Below, piece after piece: positions 59,872-64,000 of a stretch of 64,000 bases of DNA. The notes below the pieces were generated by a model that worked only from the letters and a program-made list of their open reading frames with translations, was not told where the DNA came from and searched no databases. The translations under genes and the position numbers were made by a program. Within the stretch, counting starts at the first letter, position 1. Each line of letters begins with the position of its first letter. The DNA is from Bacteroidia bacterium (GTDB taxonomy: Bacteria > Bacteroidota > Bacteroidia > M30B66), in assembly GCA_965279035.1 (NCBI GenBank), contig OZ257142.1:1-64000 (forward strand). The letters run 5' to 3'.

Positions 59872-61338
59872 TCAAAATTGAAAGTAAATGAATTGCTGTT
59901 CTTTTCCAGAAAAGAAAAACACCATAATAATGATCACATAATAAATTGACCAACGAAGTACTCTTGGAAATTTTAAACCCAGGTTTGCAATCGCATAATG
60001 TTGTTCTCTTCCAATCCATTCTAAAATCATGAAAATAATTAATAGGATGAAAATGGGTGGTGATTTTTCATATTCCTTCATGTAGGGTATTTCGGGAAGA
60101 TGAGGAACTGTAAAAAGCGATTTGCTAAAAATGCTTGAGATATAGTCGATGGCTTGTTTTACTCCATTAGCACGAAAGAATATCCAAGCAAACGTTGTTA
60201 AACTAAAGGTGAGAATCATGGAAAAAAGATCTCGAATTCCAGGAATTAATTTGCCCATGGACACGCTATCCAAATTATTTCGATTGGTATTAAATAATAT
60301 GGAAGGCATGATGTAAAGTGCATTTAAAAATCCCCAAATAATAAAATTCCAACTGGCTCCATGCCAAAATCCGCTTACTAAGAAAATGATAAATGTATTT
60401 CTCACTTTCATCCACGTACCGCCCTTGCTGCCGCCAAGAGGAATGTAGAGATAATCACGAAACCATGAGGAAAGCGAAATATGCCATCTGCGCCAGAATT
60501 CGGCAATGTCGCGAGAGAAATATGGGAATGAGAAGTTTCTTAATAAATCAATTCCAAATAGTTTGGCTGTTCCGAGCGCGATATCTGAATATCCCGAAAA
60601 GTCGCCATATATCTGAAAGGCAAATAATACTGCTCCCAACACATGTGTGCTACCTGAATAATCGGAAGAATTATTAAAAATCAAATTAACAAACGTGGCA
60701 CATTGATCGGCAATAACTACCTTTTTGAAAAGTCCCCAAATAATTTGACGTAAGCCATCGACCGCTTTTGAATAATCGAATATTCTTTTTTTCTGAATTT
60801 GAGGTAATAAATGCGTTGCTCGTTCGATTGGACCAGCAACGAGCAAAGGGAAAAAACTCACGAAAACAGAATAATCGATGAAGTTTTTTTCCGCTTTTAT
60901 TTTATTGTTATAAATATCAATGACGTAGGATAAACCATGAAAAGTATAGAAGGAAATTCCAACGGGGAGAATGACGTTAAGTGTCCAAATATCGACATGA
61001 AAACCAATTGCAGAAACGGCACTGGCGAATGAAGAAGCAAAAAAGTTGAAGTATTTAAAAACTCCTAAAAAACCAAGATTAACTGTAACGCTGAGCCAAA
61101 ACCAAAACTTTTTCCAGTGTTGATTCTTTGCGTCGGACATTTTAAGTCCGGTAAAATAATCGAGAAGAGTGGAGAAGATTAATAAAAACAGAAAGCGCCA
61201 ATCCCAGCATGCATAAAAGAAATAGCTGGAAATAAGTAATAAAATATTTTGTAGTTTAAGACTTCTATTAGTAACAAACCAATAGAGAACGAAGACAAGA
61301 GGAAGAAAAAGTAAAAAATTGAATGAGTTAAAAAGCAT
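59872..61338 (-). CDS. MBOAT family O-acyltransferase (AlgI/DltB-like)
   Basis: MLFNS..F, LPVGISFYTF, FFPLLVAGPIER, QIYGDFSGYSDIA, FWRRWHISLSSWFRDYLYIPLGG, SGFWHGA, FIYFQF. Confidence 0.96.
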   Translation of the reverse strand: MLFNSFNFLLFLPLVFVLYWFVTNRSLKLQNILLLISSYFFYACWDWRFLFLLIFSTLLDYFTGLKMSDAKNQHWKKFWFWLSVTVNLGFLGVFKYFNFFASSFASAVSAIGFHVDIWTLNVILPVGISFYTFHGLSYVIDIYNNKIKAEKNFIDYSVFVSFFPLLVAGPIERATHLLPQIQKKRIFDYSKAVDGLRQIIWGLFKKVVIADQCATFVNLIFNNSSDYSGSTHVLGAVLFAFQIYGDFSGYSDIALGTAKLFGIDLLRNFSFPYFSRDIAEFWRRWHISLSSWFRDYLYIPLGGSKGGTWMKVRNTFIIFLVSGFWHGASWNFIIWGFLNALYIMPSILFNTNRNNLDSVSMGKLIPGIRDLFSMILTFSLTTFAWIFFRANGVKQAIDYISSIFSKSLFTVPHLPEIPYMKEYEKSPPIFILLIIFMILEWIGREQHYAIANLGLKFPRVLRWSIYYVIIIMVFFFSGKEQQFIYFQF

Positions 61339-61437
61339 TCTTGTTTTGATTTTTATTGATGTTCAATTCCATGATTTTCAAGTCACCGAATCCAAGGAAT
61401 CTGATTTAATAAAATCAGAAAACCGCTTCAATACAGG

Positions 61438-61445
61438 CAAATATA
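61438..61445 (-). promoter_or_regulatory. -7 promoter element for the MBOAT operon
   Basis: TATATTTG on minus strand ~100 nt upstream of the start. Confidence 0.5.
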
Positions 61446-61644
61446 TATAAATTGAGTGAATGAGTATTTTGACAATTGCAGAATTGGATGAATGAATGTA
61501 GAAATGAAATTTCAAATAAAATCATGTGGTGAATTCTGCTTGAATTTGCTTTCGAACTCATTGAATTAAATTTCTACAAAAAGAAATGCTGAATTTATTT
61601 AGGTGATTGGGTTATAAACGAAATGTTTCGAGTTAACAACCAAT

Positions 61645-61749
61645 GGCTTAGCGTTGAAGGGGTTTACGGTTGAGGCGGATAGCCCGCACGAAGGATGTTC
61701 CGATAGCTATCGGAATTTGCCGAAAACGCGGCCGAAGGCAAGCCCCAAA
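61645..61749 (+). repeat. Dispersed ~100-bp intergenic repeat, copy 2, with perfect palindrome
   Basis: ttccgatagctatcggaa perfect inverted repeat; flanks match 31658..31755. Confidence 0.85.
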
Positions 61750-61840
61750 TTGAAAATATTCGTTGAAATTAAACGATGAAATAGGCGTTTACAAAAGCTG
61801 TTTCATCACTTGGATGGTTCAATAAACTATATTCGCTTCA

Positions 61841-64000
61841 ATGAAATTCAGGCTACTTTTATTAACCCTATTTCTTGCTAATTTCCTAACTGCACAAACT
61901 AACATTCGAGGTGTTGTGCGTGATGTGGATCTGAATAGACCACTTGCCTTTGTAAGCATTGTAGTAAAAGGTTTTCCGCAAGCTACTGCCATGACCGATA
62001 TTGACGGTCAATTTACCATAGCCTTACCCAATGACTTACCGGCGGTTTTGCATTTTACGTATGTTGGTTATTTGTCGACCGAAATTCGATTAGACAGCGA
62101 TTCTGATAAGAAGCTACTTGTTGAAATGAAATCTTCGGCGCAGCAAATTCGAGTGTTTGAAGTGAAAGCGGGAGAAAATCCTGCACATCGAATTATTCGT
62201 CAAACCTGGAAACGACATGATGAGCATGATCCTGAGAAATTGGAATCGTATCGCTGTGAGACATATAATAAATTGGTTTTATCGGGTAGGCCGGACACTT
62301 CGTTTGTAGCAAAAAAAGAGGAAGAAAAAAATAAAGTAAAACGTTACGATAGTTTATTTAAAGAGAAACATTTATTTCTGATTGAATCGTCGAATGAGCG
62401 TCTTTTCAAAAATGGGAAAGTGAAAGAAAATGTGATTGGTTCGCGGGTTTCGGGTGTGAAAGAAGCATCTGTTTTTATGCTGGCTTTGCAATTTCAACCT
62501 TTTAGTTTTTATGCCCCATTTATAGAAATTAATGGACAACAATTATTAAATCCAATTAGTAAAAACAGTGAAGCTGTGTATTCATTTAGTTTGGAAGACA
62601 CTTTATTTACTGGCAAGGACAGCATTTACGTAATTCGATTTCAGCCCAAGAAAAATGCAACAATTGAAGGGCTGAAGGGACTGTTGTATATATCTGCACC
62701 TGATTATGCAATTCAAAATGTAATTGCAGAACCAGCAAGTAAATCCAATACGTTACAACTTCGAGTTCAGCAACAATATACACGATTGGCGAATGGAACT
62801 TGGTTTCCTGAACAGCTTAATACAGATATGATTTTTTTAACGGTGAATTTGACCGGATATAAAATGTTTGGAGAAAGTAGGACGTATATAAGCAAGGCAG
62901 AAATCAACCCGAAACTATCGTCCAAATTGTTTGATGAAGTGGAATTGGAAGTGTCAAAAAACTCATCGGATAAAACAGAAGCTTATTGGGAAACGGTTCG
63001 CATTGAGGATTTAAGTGAGCGCGAACAACGAACATATTATTTTCTTGATAGCATTTCGCGCGCTGATAATTTAGCACCAAAGTTCAAAGCGATTGAAGCC
63101 TATGTTCGAGGTTATATTCCGATACGTTGGTTTGATTTGGAAATCAATCGGATTTTACGATTTAACAATCATGAAGGATTACGTTTGGGCGCTGGTGGAA
63201 TTACCAATGATAAATTATCGCGGTATTTTGGAATTGGTGGTTTCATGGCGTATGGCTTAAAGGACAAACAAACGAAATATGGAGCCGAAGGACGATTTTA
63301 TTTATATCCACGAAGAGAATTGGAGTTAAGACTCATGTATTCGAACGATGTTTGGGAAGCAGGAACGCCACAATTTGTGAATGATCGACGGCCTCAACGA
63401 ACTGAAACAATTAGGCAAGTATTGGTTCGTAACATGGATTGGGAAGAACGAAGTGAAGTCAATATCGGTTGGCGTTGGTTGAAGTATTTGCGCACGGATT
63501 TGCAATTAAGAGAAACGCATTCAACTCCAAAATATGAGTATCAATTTAGCGATTTACCTATGTATTCGCGCTTTAGTTGGCTCGAACAGAGTGTTTCGTT
63601 TACCTATTGTTACAAGGAAAAATTTTTCCGAAACGGGAAACTAAAAATCTCACTCGGTGGAAAATCACCCACCTTCCGATTCATGATAACGAATGCGAAA
63701 GATTTGAGCTATGGTGGAAAATTAAATTACCAACGAGCCGATTTGCGCATGGATTATTCTTTTCAATGGAGAAGAATTGGGAAGACTTGGTTACAATGTT
63801 CGGGCGGAATGGTGAATGGTCAAGTTCCATATTCACGACTATTTAATGGGAAAGGAAATCTGTCGGGAAATGCTGATTTGAGAGCGGCTTCGATGAATTG
63901 TTTTGAAACGATGCTGATGAATCAATTCACTAGCGATCGATTTGCCGCCCTATTTATTCAACATGATTTAGGATCTTTTTTCCACATAGGTCAATTTAAA
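61841..64000 (+). CDS. Carboxypeptidase-regulatory-like domain plus DUF5686 outer-membrane protein, runs off the window end (absent from the ORF track)
   Basis: Hand translation of both ends: MKFRLLLLTLFLANFLTA|QTNIRGVVRD...TDIDGQF...FTYVGY...GENPAHRIIR...YNK; the same frame at the end reads FETMLMNQFTSDRFAALFIQHDLG. Confidence 0.88.
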   Translation, partial: MKFRLLLLTLFLANFLTAQTNIRGVVRDVDLNRPLAFVSIVVKGFPQATAMTDIDGQFTIALPNDLPAVLHFTYVGYLSTEIRLDSDSDKKLLVEMKSSAQQIRVFEVKAGENPAHRIIRQTWKRHDEHDPEKLESYRCETYNKLVLSGRPDTSFVAKKEEEKNKVKRYDSLFKEKHLFLIESSNERLFKNGKVKENVIGSRVSGVKEASVFMLALQFQPFSFYAPFIEINGQQLLNPISKNSEAVYSFSLEDTLFTGKDSIYVIRFQPKKNATIEGLKGLLYISAPDYAIQNVIAEPASKSNTLQLRVQQQYTRLANGTWFPEQLNTDMIFLTVNLTGYKMFGESRTYISKAEINPKLSSKLFDEVELEVSKNSSDKTEAYWETVRIEDLSEREQRTYYFLDSISRADNLAPKFKAIEAYVRGYIPIRWFDLEINRILRFNNHEGLRLGAGGITNDKLSRYFGIGGFMAYGLKDKQTKYGAEGRFYLYPRRELELRLMYSNDVWEAGTPQFVNDRRPQRTETIRQVLVRNMDWEERSEVNIGWRWLKYLRTDLQLRETHSTPKYEYQFSDLPMYSRFSWLEQSVSFTYCYKEKFFRNGKLKISLGGKSPTFRFMITNAKDLSYGGKLNYQRADLRMDYSFQWRRIGKTWLQCSGGMVNGQVPYSRLFNGKGNLSGNADLRAASMNCFETMLMNQFTSDRFAALFIQHDLGSFFHIGQFK

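Noticed and set aside
2204-60677. Numerous 60-125 aa antisense or alternate-frame ORFs (e.g. 9745..10122, 15538..15789, 23530..23784, 25940..26200, 36434..36727)
   Set aside because: All overlap well-supported genes and show no recognisable motifs; treated as shadow ORFs
63577-63846. 89-aa ORF in the track
   Set aside because: Out-of-frame shadow inside the DUF5686 gene that starts at 61841
1-64000. tRNA, rRNA, IS transposase or prophage genes
   Set aside because: No cloverleaf, rRNA-like stretch, transposase, integrase or phage structural motifs recognised

Overview
AT-rich bacterial chromosome segment, almost certainly Bacteroidota. Evidence: many T9SS C-terminal sorting domains, TAnnTTTG -7 promoters, signal peptides cleaved before Gln, and DUF2807/DUF5686-type proteins. 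The backbone is housekeeping (secA, nadD, gmk, yicC, ComF, MazG-like, DEAD-box helicase, S9 peptidase) plus two-component and ECF regulators. Four accessory features stand out. (1) 39.7-55.9 kb: a 2.1-kaa T9SS-secreted zinc metalloprotease-like gene and a partner gene, followed by four ~1.95-kb cassettes. Each cassette is an orphan 3' end of a protease-gene relative coupled to a variable ~485-aa T9SS partner, an architecture recalling orphan Rhs/CDI modules. (2) 2.0-8.3 kb: a 1940-aa PKD-repeat protein that stops in the middle of its last FN3-like domain with no sorting signal. The missing strands plus a type-B CTD are encoded by a separate upstream gene with its own signal peptide. (3) 33.5-35.8 kb: a Cys-rich, FHPP-ending leader-like ORF ahead of an MbnP-like lipoprotein that lacks its usual MbnH partner. 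(4) Dispersed palindromic repeats and a triple operator-like array before a Fic gene. All assignments come from reading motifs by eye; no database searches were run.
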